Below, in pieces: positions 18,899 to 28,695 of a stretch of 64,000 nucleotides of DNA; position 1 is the first letter of the stretch; every line of letters starts with the position of its first letter. The notes beneath the pieces are model-generated. The model was not told the DNA's origin. It saw nothing but the letters and a program-made list of their open reading frames with translations, and did no database searches. The stretch comes from Vulcanimicrobiota bacterium (GTDB lineage: Bacteria > Vulcanimicrobiota > Vulcanimicrobiia > Eremiobacterales > Eremiobacteraceae), in contig CAWETU010000001.1 of the NCBI GenBank assembly GCA_963812135.1, positions 736,001 through 800,000 on the forward strand, read 5' to 3'. A program made the translations under genes and the position numbers.

Positions 18899-20262
18899 TC
18901 CACTATAACAAGCGGGCGGTGCACGCCGACCTGACGCATCCGCATGGCCCGCCAGGACTTCCGCAGACGATGGAGCGCATCGTCGCCGACAAGCACGCCG
19001 CGCAAACGCAAGTGCCGTGGCAGGAGCTGCGCGCGCGGGTGCACGCGATCAAAGAGTATGCCATCGCGAATCTCGACTGGCTGCTCGTCGAATTCGAGAA
19101 GCAATTCACCGCCCGCGGCGGCACAGTGCTCTGGGCGCGCAGCGCGGACGAGGGCGCAGCGCTTTTCTTGGACATCTGCCGGCGCCACGACGTGCGGTCG
19201 GTCGTCAAGGGCAAGTCGATGCTGTCCGAAGAGCTCGAGCTCAACGAGCGGCTCGAGGCTGTCGGCATCGAAGCGGTCGAAACGGATCTCGGCGAATACA
19301 TCGTGCAGCTCGCGGGCCAAAAGCCTTCGCACATCATCGCGCCGGCGCTGCACCTCTCGCGTCAGGACATCGGCAAACTGTTCGCGACCAAGCTCGGCAT
19401 CCCGTACACGGACGATCCTGAGGCGCTGCTCGCGGCGGCGCGCACGCGCCTGCGGCGCAAGTACCTCGAAGCGGGGCTCGGCATGACCGGCGTCAACTTC
19501 GCGATCGCGGAAACCGGCACGGTCGTCACGGTTGAGAACGAAGGCAACCAAGCGCTCTCGGCGGCCGCGCCGCCGGTGTATGTCGCGTTGATGGGGATCG
19601 AGAAAGTCATCCCGCGGCTGATGGACCTGCCGCCGTTCCTCCACGTGCTCGCGCGCGCGGCGACCGGACAGAAACTGTCGGTCTACACGCACCATTTCCT
19701 CGGCCCGGAAGACGGCCGCACGTGGTATTGCATCATCATCGACGCGGGTCGAACCAAAGTGCTCGCCGATCCGGCGACGCGCGAATCGCTCTACTGCATC
19801 CGCTGCGGCGCGTGCATGAACGTGTGTCCGATCTACCGGCGCGTCGGCGGCTGGGCATATGGGTGGGTGTATCCGGGACCGATCGGTTCGGTCGAGACGC
19901 CGCAGATGATCGGCGTCGACAAAGCCGGTGAATTGCCGTTCGCCTCCACGCTGTGCGGCGCGTGCCAGGAAGAATGTCCGGTCAACATCGACCTGCCGCA
20001 TCAGTTGGTGCACATGCGCAACAAAGCGGTGGAGGCGAAAGCTGCGGGATCGCTGGCCGAGCGCGTCGCGTTCTCCGCTTGGGCGGATGCGATGTCGAGT
20101 TTGCCGGCGTACCGTCGCGCCACACGGCTCGCGCGTTCGGGAGTCGGCGCGCTCAGCAAGGTCGGCTGGCGGCCGGGGCCGCTGCGCGCCTGGGCGAAGC
20201 ATCGCGAGGTGCCGGTGCTGGCCCGCGAGACGTTCAAAGAATGGTGGGAGAAGCGGACATGA
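18895..20262 (+). CDS. lutB: Lactate utilization protein B (Fe-S)
   Basis: VKGKSM, ETDLGEYI, ENEGN, CIRCGACMNVCP, STLCGACQEECP; GTG overlaps lutA stop. Confidence 0.92.
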   Translation: MIHYNKRAVHADLTHPHGPPGLPQTMERIVADKHAAQTQVPWQELRARVHAIKEYAIANLDWLLVEFEKQFTARGGTVLWARSADEGAALFLDICRRHDVRSVVKGKSMLSEELELNERLEAVGIEAVETDLGEYIVQLAGQKPSHIIAPALHLSRQDIGKLFATKLGIPYTDDPEALLAAARTRLRRKYLEAGLGMTGVNFAIAETGTVVTVENEGNQALSAAAPPVYVALMGIEKVIPRLMDLPPFLHVLARAATGQKLSVYTHHFLGPEDGRTWYCIIIDAGRTKVLADPATRESLYCIRCGACMNVCPIYRRVGGWAYGWVYPGPIGSVETPQMIGVDKAGELPFASTLCGACQEECPVNIDLPHQLVHMRNKAVEAKAAGSLAERVAFSAWADAMSSLPAYRRATRLARSGVGALSKVGWRPGPLRAWAKHREVPVLARETFKEWWEKRT

Positions 20263-20660
20263 GCCGCTCGCCAGCGGCCCGCTTGGCGCTCGCGCTCCTT
20301 TTGATCGGCGCGCTTGCCGGCTGCTCCGCTCCCGCGAAGAGCCGCGAGATCGCTCTGCCATCCGGCGAAAAGCTGAAGGTGATCAACGAGAAGTTCGATT
20401 CGTTCACGAACGTGAGCGGTGAGCCCAAGCGCATCTATTCGATCGAATACATCACGCCGCTGCCCATGACCGATGTCCGCGCCTTGCAAGAAGAGGCGCA
20501 CGAGGTGTTGGTCTCGCGCGACGATCGCATCGGCAAAGCGGACTACACGACGGTCGTCATCACGCCCATGAAACGCACGACCGGCGGCAGCATGGAGGGC
20601 TATCCGATGTATTTCAAGCGCTCCGTGACCGGCGTGTGGATCCTCGAGCGAGAGCAATGA
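20259..20660 (+). CDS. Hypothetical lipoprotein between lutB and lutC
   Basis: Lipobox LAGC; ATGA overlaps at both ends. Confidence 0.7.
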   Translation: MSRSPAARLALALLLIGALAGCSAPAKSREIALPSGEKLKVINEKFDSFTNVSGEPKRIYSIEYITPLPMTDVRALQEEAHEVLVSRDDRIGKADYTTVVITPMKRTTGGSMEGYPMYFKRSVTGVWILEREQ

Positions 20661-21334
20661 AAGATTCCCCGGCGGCGCGCGTTGAGATCTTGCGCGCGAT
20701 CAAGACCGCCTTGCAAGGCGAGCCCGCGCACCAGTTGCCCGCGCCCACGCCCGTCTTCCCACCGCAGCCTTCGATGAACTATGGTGCCCTCACGGAATCA
20801 TTCCGTCGCGAGCTCGAGGCGCTCAAGGGCGAGGTCATCCTCGTGCAGACGCCTGCCTCGCTGCCGCGCGCGCTCGCGTTGTTGCTGGCGCAACGCGGGC
20901 TCAACGTCGCAGCGGTGGAGAACTCGACGCTCGTCAGCGCCGCACTCGTCCAAGTGCCCGGCGATAGGTTTTTTCAAGCGGCGGGCGCTTCGCGCGAACG
21001 CATCGAGGCGGCTGACTGCGGCATCATCCAAGCCGAGGCGCTGCTCGCGGATACCGGCTCGGTCGTGGCGATCTTCAAGACGCGCGGCGAACGGTTGCTG
21101 CCCTACCTGCCGCCGACGTGCATCGTCTTAGCGGCTGAGGAGCGTTTGCGGCCGCATATGGATGATGAGGCGGTACGCGCGCTGTACGCCGCGGCGCGCG
21201 ACGGCGCCAAAGGCGAAGGCGTGATCATCACCGGCCCAAGTCGGTCGGCGGACATCGAGAAGGTGCTCGTGCTCGGCGCACATGGTCCGCGAGCGCTCAT
21301 CGTTCTGATCGTGGGCGCAGCCGCCAACGCGTGA
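20657..21334 (+). CDS. lutC: Lactate utilization protein C (LUD domain)
   Basis: LADTGSV; IITGPSRSADIEKVLVLGAHGP. Confidence 0.9.
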   Translation: MKDSPAARVEILRAIKTALQGEPAHQLPAPTPVFPPQPSMNYGALTESFRRELEALKGEVILVQTPASLPRALALLLAQRGLNVAAVENSTLVSAALVQVPGDRFFQAAGASRERIEAADCGIIQAEALLADTGSVVAIFKTRGERLLPYLPPTCIVLAAEERLRPHMDDEAVRALYAAARDGAKGEGVIITGPSRSADIEKVLVLGAHGPRALIVLIVGAAANA

Positions 21335-21750
21335 TCGCGCTCAAGCAGTGGCTCGCGCCTGTGCGCATCGCAGCGTACTTGTTAATCGCCGAAGGAGTCA
21401 TCCTCGCGGTCAACGCCACCGAGACCATGTCTCACGTTCTACGCCAGTGGGGGTCCCAACCCGAACGCGTCGGGGTCGGCCCATTGCTCCTCTATCTCGT
21501 GCTCGGTCTGGCGTACATCTGCATCGGATCGGGGATTCTCTACGGCATGCAGATATGGAGAGCGATCGGCGCGATGATGATCGGATTATCTTTGGGTGGA
21601 GGATTAGCGATAATCGCGGCCACTTATTGGCCTCTTGGTCGGCTGGCGTGGGACTCTGAACTGCTTTTCACGCTCGCTGGGCTCGCGCTACTGGGATTCC
21701 AGTTGTGGGCAGTGACGAACGTCGAGGCCCGAGCCTACTGCTGTCGCTGA
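21331..21750 (+). CDS. Hypothetical 4-TM membrane protein
   Basis: Four hydrophobic segments; GTGA coupling to lutC. Confidence 0.6.
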   Translation: MIALKQWLAPVRIAAYLLIAEGVILAVNATETMSHVLRQWGSQPERVGVGPLLLYLVLGLAYICIGSGILYGMQIWRAIGAMMIGLSLGGGLAIIAATYWPLGRLAWDSELLFTLAGLALLGFQLWAVTNVEARAYCCR

Positions 21751-22905
21751 TCAGTATCGCGGCAGCGACGGGTCGATCTCCAAGCTCCACGCATCGATTC
21801 CGCCGGCGAGATTCTTCGCCTTCGCGAATCCGGCCTTGCGCAGCATCTGCGTCGCGCGCGCGCTGCGCGCGCCGCTGTGGCAATACACGACGATCTCGGC
21901 GTTCTTGTCGAGCTCTTTCATGCGATCGCCGAACTCGGGCATCTGATGCCAGCGCGTGTACGGCAGTTTGGCGACCGCGAGTTCGTCCGCTCGGCGCACG
22001 TCCACCAGTTCGAAGCGCTCGCCCGCATCGAGCTTCGCCTTGAGCTGCTGCACGGTCATCTCGAAGTCATCCATGTCGTTCCTCACGATCGGTGCATCGC
22101 CGCACAGGCGATCGTAGTCGACGAGCCCGGTGATGGTCGGATGCTCGCCGCAGATCGGGCAACGCGGATCCTTGCGCAGCTTCAATTCGCGAAAGCGCAT
22201 CTCGAGCGCGTCGAACAGCAACAGCCGGCCCAGCAGCGATTCGCCCGCGCCGACGATCAGCTTGATCGTCTCGGTCGCCTGGATCAGCCCGATGATGCCC
22301 GGCAATACGCCGAGAACACCGGCTTGCGCGCACGACGGTACTTCACCGGGCGGCGGCGGTTGCGGGAAGATGCAGCGATAGCACGGGCCGCGTCGCGCGT
22401 CGAACACCGACGCTTGCCCTTCAAAGCGGTAGACTGAACCGTAGACGGTCGGCTTGCCCAGCAACACGCAGGCGTCGTTCACGAGATAGCGGGTCGCGAA
22501 ATTGTCGCTACCGTCGACCACGACGTCATACGGAGTCAAGATGTCGAACGCATTCACGCTCGTGAGCTGGACGCCGTATCCCTCGACGCTCACGTTCGGA
22601 TTGATTTCGGCGATGGTGCGGGTCGCAGACTCGATCTTGGACCGGCCCGTCATGCCGGTCGAGTGCAGCACCTGGCGATGAAGATTGGAAAGTTCGACGG
22701 TGTCGTAATCGACGATTCCCAACGTGCCAAGGCCTGCCGCCGCGAGATACAAGCCCAGCGGCGATCCGAGTCCGCCTGCACCGACAAGCAACACTCGCGC
22801 ATCTTTGAGACGTGCTTGACCCGCCTGGCCGATCTCGGGCAGGATGAGATGACGCCCGTAGCGGGCTTGCTCTTCGCGGGTCAGTTCGGTGGTGTGCGTC
22901 GCCAT
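21751..22905 (-). CDS. moeB: MoeB/MoeZ adenylyltransferase with C-terminal rhodanese domain
   Basis: RYGRHLIL, VGAGGLGS, SNLHRQ, CYRC, CPIC, VYCHSGARS. Confidence 0.93.
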   Translation of the reverse strand: MATHTTELTREEQARYGRHLILPEIGQAGQARLKDARVLLVGAGGLGSPLGLYLAAAGLGTLGIVDYDTVELSNLHRQVLHSTGMTGRSKIESATRTIAEINPNVSVEGYGVQLTSVNAFDILTPYDVVVDGSDNFATRYLVNDACVLLGKPTVYGSVYRFEGQASVFDARRGPCYRCIFPQPPPPGEVPSCAQAGVLGVLPGIIGLIQATETIKLIVGAGESLLGRLLLFDALEMRFRELKLRKDPRCPICGEHPTITGLVDYDRLCGDAPIVRNDMDDFEMTVQQLKAKLDAGERFELVDVRRADELAVAKLPYTRWHQMPEFGDRMKELDKNAEIVVYCHSGARSARATQMLRKAGFAKAKNLAGGIDAWSLEIDPSLPRY

Positions 22906-22958
22906 CGGAGGATCAAGCTTCGCCGCGAGCCGAGCTTGGTCCGCCGTCGTGTGAAGGT

Positions 22959-23654
22959 CTAGGCTCGAGCGGCTGCGGGACTGCTTCTGCCGAGCACGTT
23001 CCAGAGAAGTGCCGCGATGATGCCGCCCAGGATCGGCGCGACGAAGAAGAGCCACAACTCAGTCGTGTACGGGCTTCCTGCATAGAGCGCCGGGCCGAGG
23101 CTGCGGGCCGGATTGATCGAGGCGTTGGTCACCGGGATCGCGACGAAGTTGCCGACCGCTAATGCGACGCCGATCGCGACCCCCGCGAAGCCCGCCGGAG
23201 CCGCCGCGGATGTCGAGCCGAGCACCGTGAAGACGAGCACGAACGTCGCGATGACCTCCACGATCAGCGCGCCGACGATCCCGGCGCCGATCGCCGATTC
23301 GTCGCCGTAGCCGTTGGCGACCGCCGCCGCCATGCTCGTGTCATACTTGCCGCTCGCGTAGAGCACCGTCACCAGCGTGCCCCAGCCGCACGTTCCGCCG
23401 AGCAGCTGCGCGACGATGTACCAGATCGAATCCGCCCACGCGAACCGTTTGGCGACGCACAACCCGATCGTCACCGCGGGATTGACATGGCAACCCGAGA
23501 TCGGGCCGATGGAGTAGACCAAAGCCATCAGGGTAAGGCCGAACGCCAGCGCAATGCCGGCGTGCCCGATGTTCTTGCCGTCGTAGAACGCAGTGCCGAT
23601 GCCGACGAACATGAGCACGAACGTGCCGACGAATTCAGCGATATAACGATTCAT
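22959..23654 (-). CDS. aqpZ: MIP-family channel, AqpZ-like
   Basis: AEFVGT, SGCHVNPAVT, SINPARS. Confidence 0.9.
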   Translation of the reverse strand: MNRYIAEFVGTFVLMFVGIGTAFYDGKNIGHAGIALAFGLTLMALVYSIGPISGCHVNPAVTIGLCVAKRFAWADSIWYIVAQLLGGTCGWGTLVTVLYASGKYDTSMAAAVANGYGDESAIGAGIVGALIVEVIATFVLVFTVLGSTSAAAPAGFAGVAIGVALAVGNFVAIPVTNASINPARSLGPALYAGSPYTTELWLFFVAPILGGIIAALLWNVLGRSSPAAARA

Positions 23655-23673
23655 GGCACCCCCAAAAGAAGAA

Positions 23674-23694
23674 GGCCGAGCGTTGTGCTCGGCC
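23674..23694 (-). terminator. Hairpin plus U-tract after the sulfurtransferase gene
   Basis: GGCCGAGC-5nt-GCTCGGCC followed on the minus strand by TTCTTCTTTT. Confidence 0.5.
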
Positions 23695-23724
23695 CGTTTG
23701 TCCGCGATGGCGCAGTTTCCTACG

Positions 23725-24573
23725 TCAAACGTTCTTCTCGATCGGGACGCCGATGAGGTTGCCGTACTCGGTCCATGATCCATCGTAGTTCACGACGTCG
23801 TCAAGCCCGAGCAGATATTTGAGCACGAACCACGTATGCGACGAGCGCTCGCCGATGCGGCAATATGCGATCGTCGGACGCGACGCATCGAGCCCTTTGG
23901 ATTCGTAGAGTTTGCGCAGCTCGTCGCGCGACTTGAACGTCCCGTCTTCGTTGACCGCCTGCGCCCACGGTACGTTGATCGCGCCCGGGATGTGGCCCGC
24001 GCGTTGCGCGGTCTCGGGCATGCCGGGCGGCGCGATGATCTCGCCGGTGAATTCGGGCACCGAGCGCACGTCGACGAGATTGCGCGAGCGGTCGCGCGCG
24101 GTTTGCAGAACGAGATCGCGCGAGGCGCGCAGATCGGCGTTGATTTTGCCGACCTTGTACGACGTCGCCGGGTACGAGGGCACGTCGCTGGTCAACGGCC
24201 GGTTCTCGGCGACCCATTTCTTGCGGCCGCCATCGACGAGCACGACCTTGTCGTGACCATAGTACTTGAGCAGCCACAACGCGAACGCGGCGAACCAGTT
24301 GTTGTTGTCGCCGTACAACACGACCGTCGTGTCGTTGGCAATGCCCGCCGCGGAGAGAAGCTTTTCAAACTCTTCCTTGGTTGGGATGTCGCGCCGCACG
24401 CGGTCGTTGAGCTGCGTCTGCCAGTTGAAACCGACCGCGCCGCGCAGATGGCCTTTGTCGTATTCGGCCGTATCGACGTCGACTTCGACGAAGCGCAGGC
24501 TCGTGTCGTTGAGGTGGGCTTGCGCCCAGTCGGTGCTGACCAGATTTTCGGTCGGTGCAAGAGTGCTTGCCAT
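23725..24573 (-). CDS. Tandem-domain thiosulfate sulfurtransferase (CysA/SseA type)
   Basis: LVSTDW, GHIPGA, YCRIGERSS, YDGSWTEYG. Confidence 0.93.
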   Translation of the reverse strand: MASTLAPTENLVSTDWAQAHLNDTSLRFVEVDVDTAEYDKGHLRGAVGFNWQTQLNDRVRRDIPTKEEFEKLLSAAGIANDTTVVLYGDNNNWFAAFALWLLKYYGHDKVVLVDGGRKKWVAENRPLTSDVPSYPATSYKVGKINADLRASRDLVLQTARDRSRNLVDVRSVPEFTGEIIAPPGMPETAQRAGHIPGAINVPWAQAVNEDGTFKSRDELRKLYESKGLDASRPTIAYCRIGERSSHTWFVLKYLLGLDDVVNYDGSWTEYGNLIGVPIEKNV

Positions 24574-24641
24574 GGGATCTTCCTCACTTTGGCGGTGTGC
24601 CGGCAGGGCGGTCGCGTCAGCGCCCCGTACTACCGGCGGCT

Positions 24642-24836
24642 ATGGATGAAACTCCAGAACGGATCCTAGACTTGCGGCACCTCGGCCGCGTCGACGATAA
24701 GGAAATGCCGATCGAATCGCCGGGAATGGAGATGGCTAAGCCAGGCAATCCCGATCTTCGTCGGCGCAAGTACACTGTTCCAGTCCCGGGCTCGGAAGAA
24801 ACCGTGCCCTTCGATCCGCCCCAAACCGAACGCTGA
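24642..24836 (+). CDS. Possible small hypothetical protein
   Basis: 64-codon ORF filling the intergenic gap; no recognisable motif. Confidence 0.35.
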   Translation: MDETPERILDLRHLGRVDDKEMPIESPGMEMAKPGNPDLRRRKYTVPVPGSEETVPFDPPQTER

Positions 24837-24899
24837 CCGTTTTCCGTCCGCTGTTCTTTGCAGGGCGCGCTGCGCGTCTATCTAATTGCATCTATTGCT

Positions 24900-26498
24900 A
24901 TGGTAAGCAATGGTGTCAATGATGACGCCCGGAAGGCAACCCTCGAGCCGGTAGCATTTTCAGGCCGCGACCGGCGACCGCTTTATCAGCAGCTCGCCGA
25001 GGGCATCGCGGCGCAGATCCGCGACGGCGCGCTCACAAAAGGCACGAAGCTGCCACCGCAGCGCGAGATCGCGAAGAGTCACGGTATCGCGCTGGTAACC
25101 GCCAGCCAAGCTTACGAAGTGCTCGCCGCTGAGGGACTAGTCGAATCGCGCACCGGTCGCGGCACCTTCGTCTCCTACGACCCGTCACTCATCGAGAGCC
25201 GACTCCCACCTCCCGCGCCTGCGATCGACGGCGCGCCGCTACCCGCGATGTCGGTCGGCCGATGGGATGCCGGCATCCACCGCTACGCGACGGAGACGCG
25301 CCGCGTCGCCGCCATGCAGTTGCTGCGCTCGGCTGTGCGGCCAGGCGCGATCGCGATCTCTGCCGGCCACACCGCACCAGAGACGTATCCGGTCGCCGAT
25401 TTCGCGCAATGCTACGCGCGCACGTTCCTCGACGATCCGCCGGAGATCCACCAGTATCGCGCCGATCGCGGCGACGAGAGCCTGCGCGCGTTCTTCGCCG
25501 ACCGGTTGCAAGCGCGCGGCGCCGACGTGGGTCCGGACGACATCCTGATCGTGAGCGGCGCGCAGCAAGCACTCAGTCTCGTCGCTGAGACGTTGCTCGA
25601 GTACGGGAGCGTGGCGGCCGCCGAAGCGCCGACGTATTTTTCGGCGCTTGAAGTGTTCGATCAGCGCCGCGTCTCGTGGGTGAACCTCGCGGCCGACGAC
25701 GACGGGCTGGTGCCTGCGTCGTTCGCCGACGTCTGCCGGCGCAACGGACCGCGCGTCGCGTACATCAACACGGCGGCGCAAAACCCCACGGGTTCCTATC
25801 TCGCGCGCGCCCGCCATCGCAAGATCCTCGACGTCGCGCGCCAAACGCAATTGACCATCGTCGAAGATCAGACGTGCTGGCCGCTCGCGTACGACGCCGA
25901 AGCGCCGCCGCCGCTGTTCTCGTCCGACGCAGATGGGCGCGTCGTCCTCATCGAAAGCATGTCGAAACTGCTGATGCCGAGCTTGCGCATCGGCTACATC
26001 GCCGCCAAAGGCGCTGCGCTGCAGGCGCTCTACGCTGCGAAACTGCGCGCCGACTCGTTCACGACGACGGTGGCGCAACGCGCGCTGCTGCGTTTTTTGG
26101 AATCAAAAGCGGCGGCTCGCCACCTGCGCGCGACGCGCTTCCTTTACAAGCGGCGGCGCGACGCGCTGCATGCGGCCTTGTTGCGCGTCTTGCCCGATGG
26201 CTCGCGCGCCGTACTGCCGCGCGGCGGACTGAACATCTGGGTGGAACTGCCCGCGCAATGGTCGGCGATGGAGCTGTTCGGCTACGCGGCCCAAGAGGGC
26301 GTCGTGTTCTTGCCGGGCCAGCCGTTTTATCCGACGGACCCCGCGATCAACACGCTGCGCCTCTCGTTCGGCAAGCTGCCCGAACAGCACGCGGGCGAGG
26401 CGATGGAACGCCTCGGACGAGCGATCCGTGCGTATTCATCGTCGCGCAAGCGCCGGCGCGACGAGCACATCGACTCGACGGCTGCCGCGGCGGTCTAG
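24900..26498 (+). CDS. MocR/GabR-family regulator (GntR wHTH plus PLP aminotransferase-like domain)
   Basis: PLYQQLA...KLPPQRE...GRGTFV; QNPTG; ESMSKLLMPSLRIGY. Confidence 0.92.
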   Translation: MVSNGVNDDARKATLEPVAFSGRDRRPLYQQLAEGIAAQIRDGALTKGTKLPPQREIAKSHGIALVTASQAYEVLAAEGLVESRTGRGTFVSYDPSLIESRLPPPAPAIDGAPLPAMSVGRWDAGIHRYATETRRVAAMQLLRSAVRPGAIAISAGHTAPETYPVADFAQCYARTFLDDPPEIHQYRADRGDESLRAFFADRLQARGADVGPDDILIVSGAQQALSLVAETLLEYGSVAAAEAPTYFSALEVFDQRRVSWVNLAADDDGLVPASFADVCRRNGPRVAYINTAAQNPTGSYLARARHRKILDVARQTQLTIVEDQTCWPLAYDAEAPPPLFSSDADGRVVLIESMSKLLMPSLRIGYIAAKGAALQALYAAKLRADSFTTTVAQRALLRFLESKAAARHLRATRFLYKRRRDALHAALLRVLPDGSRAVLPRGGLNIWVELPAQWSAMELFGYAAQEGVVFLPGQPFYPTDPAINTLRLSFGKLPEQHAGEAMERLGRAIRAYSSSRKRRRDEHIDSTAAAAV

Positions 26499-26619
26499 GG
26501 GCGGCGGTCCGCTTGCGCGAATGGGCGGCGTGACCATCATCGAGTGAATCTTCGGCGCTGAGCTTCGCTTCGCGCACACCCGAGCTGCGCTCGGGCACCA
26601 CGACGACCTGGAGAGAAGC

Positions 26620-28188
26620 ATGGCAACAGTCCTCGAACGCGTCTCGGAATTCAAGAACGAATCGATCCTTGATTTCAAGGATCCGGCGAACAAACAAAAG
26701 ATGGAAACGGCGCTCGCCGACGTGCGCAAGACGTTCGGCACGACGTACGACCTCATCATCAACGGACAGCGGGTCCGCGGCGAGGGCACGTTCCTTTCGC
26801 GCAATCCATCCAAACCGAGCGAGATCGTCGGCACGCTGCAAAAAGCGACCAAAGGGCAGGCGCGCGACGCGGTCGTCGCCGCCGAGCAAGCGTTTCTCGC
26901 GTGGTCGCGCGTGCCCGCGAGCGAGCGCGCCGACTTGCTCTTCAAGGCCGCCGCCGAAGTGCGTCGCCGGCGTTTCGAGTTCGACGCGCTGCTCGTGCTC
27001 GAAGTGGGCAAGAGCTGGGTCGAAGCGGACGGCGACGTCGCCGAGGGCATCGACTTCCTCGAGTACTACGCGCGCGAGATGCTGCGCTTGGCCGGACCAC
27101 ATCCGGTGACGCCGGTGCCAGGCGAGAAGAACGCCATGCATTACATCCCGCTCGGCGTCGGCGTGGTCATCCCGCCGTGGAACTTCGCGTTCGCGATCAT
27201 GGTAGGCATGACGTCGGCCGCGATCGTCGCGGGCAACACCGTCGTGCTCAAGCCGTCGAGCGACTCGCCGGTCATCGCCTACAAATTTGTCGAGCTCCTC
27301 GAGCATGCCGGCGTGCCGCCGGGCGTGGTGAACCTGCTCACCGGCTCGGGCAGCGAGATCGGTGACCTGCTCGTCGAGCACCCGCGCGTCCGCTTCATCT
27401 CGTTCACCGGCAGCAAGGACGTCGGGCTGCGCGTCAATCAGCTCGCCGCAACACCCCACCCCGGCCAGCTCTGGATCAAACGTGTCGTCGCGGAGATGGG
27501 TGGCAAAGACTCGATCGTGGTCGCCGCCGATGCCGACCTGGACGCTGCAGTCGAGGGCGTCGCGGTGTCAGCCTTCGGATTCCAGGGACAGAAGTGCTCG
27601 GCGTGCTCGCGCGCGATCGTCGAAGCGCCGATCTACGACGAGTTCGTCAAGCGGCTTGCGCAGCGCGTCAAGACGATGCGCGTCGGCGACCCAGCCGATC
27701 CGGCGAACTACATGGGTCCGGTCGTCAACGCGGGCTCCCGCGATAAGATCGAATCATATATAGAAGAAGGAAAAAAAGAAGGCACGCTCGTCACCGGCGG
27801 TGCGCGCGCCCCGGGCGAAGGGTACTTCTTGGAGCCGACGGTCATCGCCGACGTCAAGCCCGATGCCAAGATCGCCCAAGAGGAGATCTTCGGACCCGTG
27901 CTGGCGGTTATCAAAGCGCGAGACTATAGCGACGCGCTGCGGATCGCGAACAACACCGAGTTCGGGTTGACCGGCGCCGTCTTCTCGAAAGACCCCGGCA
28001 AGCTCGCGCGTGCGCAAGACGAGTTCCACGTCGGCAACCTCTATTTCAATCGCAAGTGCACTGGCGCGCTCGTGGGCGCGCATCCGTTCGGCGGATTCAA
28101 CATGTCGGGCACGGATTCAAAGGCCGGCGGCCCCGATTATCTGCTGCTGTTCCTGCAGGCCAAGAGCGTGAGCGAAAAAGTTGGCTAA
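26620..28188 (+). CDS. pruA: Delta-1-pyrroline-5-carboxylate dehydrogenase (RocA/PruA type)
   Basis: FKNE.., IPPWNF, AEMGGKD, GFQGQKCSACSR, NRKCTGA, SGTDSKAGGPDYL. Confidence 0.93.
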   Translation: MATVLERVSEFKNESILDFKDPANKQKMETALADVRKTFGTTYDLIINGQRVRGEGTFLSRNPSKPSEIVGTLQKATKGQARDAVVAAEQAFLAWSRVPASERADLLFKAAAEVRRRRFEFDALLVLEVGKSWVEADGDVAEGIDFLEYYAREMLRLAGPHPVTPVPGEKNAMHYIPLGVGVVIPPWNFAFAIMVGMTSAAIVAGNTVVLKPSSDSPVIAYKFVELLEHAGVPPGVVNLLTGSGSEIGDLLVEHPRVRFISFTGSKDVGLRVNQLAATPHPGQLWIKRVVAEMGGKDSIVVAADADLDAAVEGVAVSAFGFQGQKCSACSRAIVEAPIYDEFVKRLAQRVKTMRVGDPADPANYMGPVVNAGSRDKIESYIEEGKKEGTLVTGGARAPGEGYFLEPTVIADVKPDAKIAQEEIFGPVLAVIKARDYSDALRIANNTEFGLTGAVFSKDPGKLARAQDEFHVGNLYFNRKCTGALVGAHPFGGFNMSGTDSKAGGPDYLLLFLQAKSVSEKVG

Positions 28189-28684
28189 GCGTCTCGCGTG
28201 GACGGTCGCGTTCGCTGCGGTCCTCGCGGCCGCGTATCTTGCGTGCGCGTACGGCGGGCTTGCCCCGTGGCCCCGCCCGGTCGCCTCGTTAGGACAGCCG
28301 GGAACGCCGCGCAGCGGGTACGCGCTGGTGAGCGGCTACTACATCTCGCTGCCGTTCGTGTCGAACGGCAACGGTCTTCCGCCGTACGCGTTCGGCGAGA
28401 CGACGAATCCGGCGCGCACGCAAGCGCCGTCGGTGCGCGTCGTCCCTTCGCTGCCCGAGCTGCGCGCGTATCGCGTCGTCGCCGTGATCGACCTTGCGAC
28501 CGGCGACGGAAGCGAATGGAATCCGTACGTCATCCACACGGTCGGCTCGGTGACGTCCGTCGTCGTCGGCGCCTTTGCCGCCGGTCTCATGCTGCTCGCG
28601 CTGCTTTTCTGGTTGGCCGGCTACGCCGCCGGTGCGTTCGCGCCGCGCAAAATGAGAAGCGAGGCGCGACGGGCAGCGAGTTAG
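28181..28684 (+). CDS. Hypothetical membrane protein
   Basis: N- and C-terminal hydrophobic segments; overlaps the pruA stop. Confidence 0.55.
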   Translation: MAKRLAWTVAFAAVLAAAYLACAYGGLAPWPRPVASLGQPGTPRSGYALVSGYYISLPFVSNGNGLPPYAFGETTNPARTQAPSVRVVPSLPELRAYRVVAVIDLATGDGSEWNPYVIHTVGSVTSVVVGAFAAGLMLLALLFWLAGYAAGAFAPRKMRSEARRAAS

Positions 28685-28695
28685 GGGCGCAAGGC

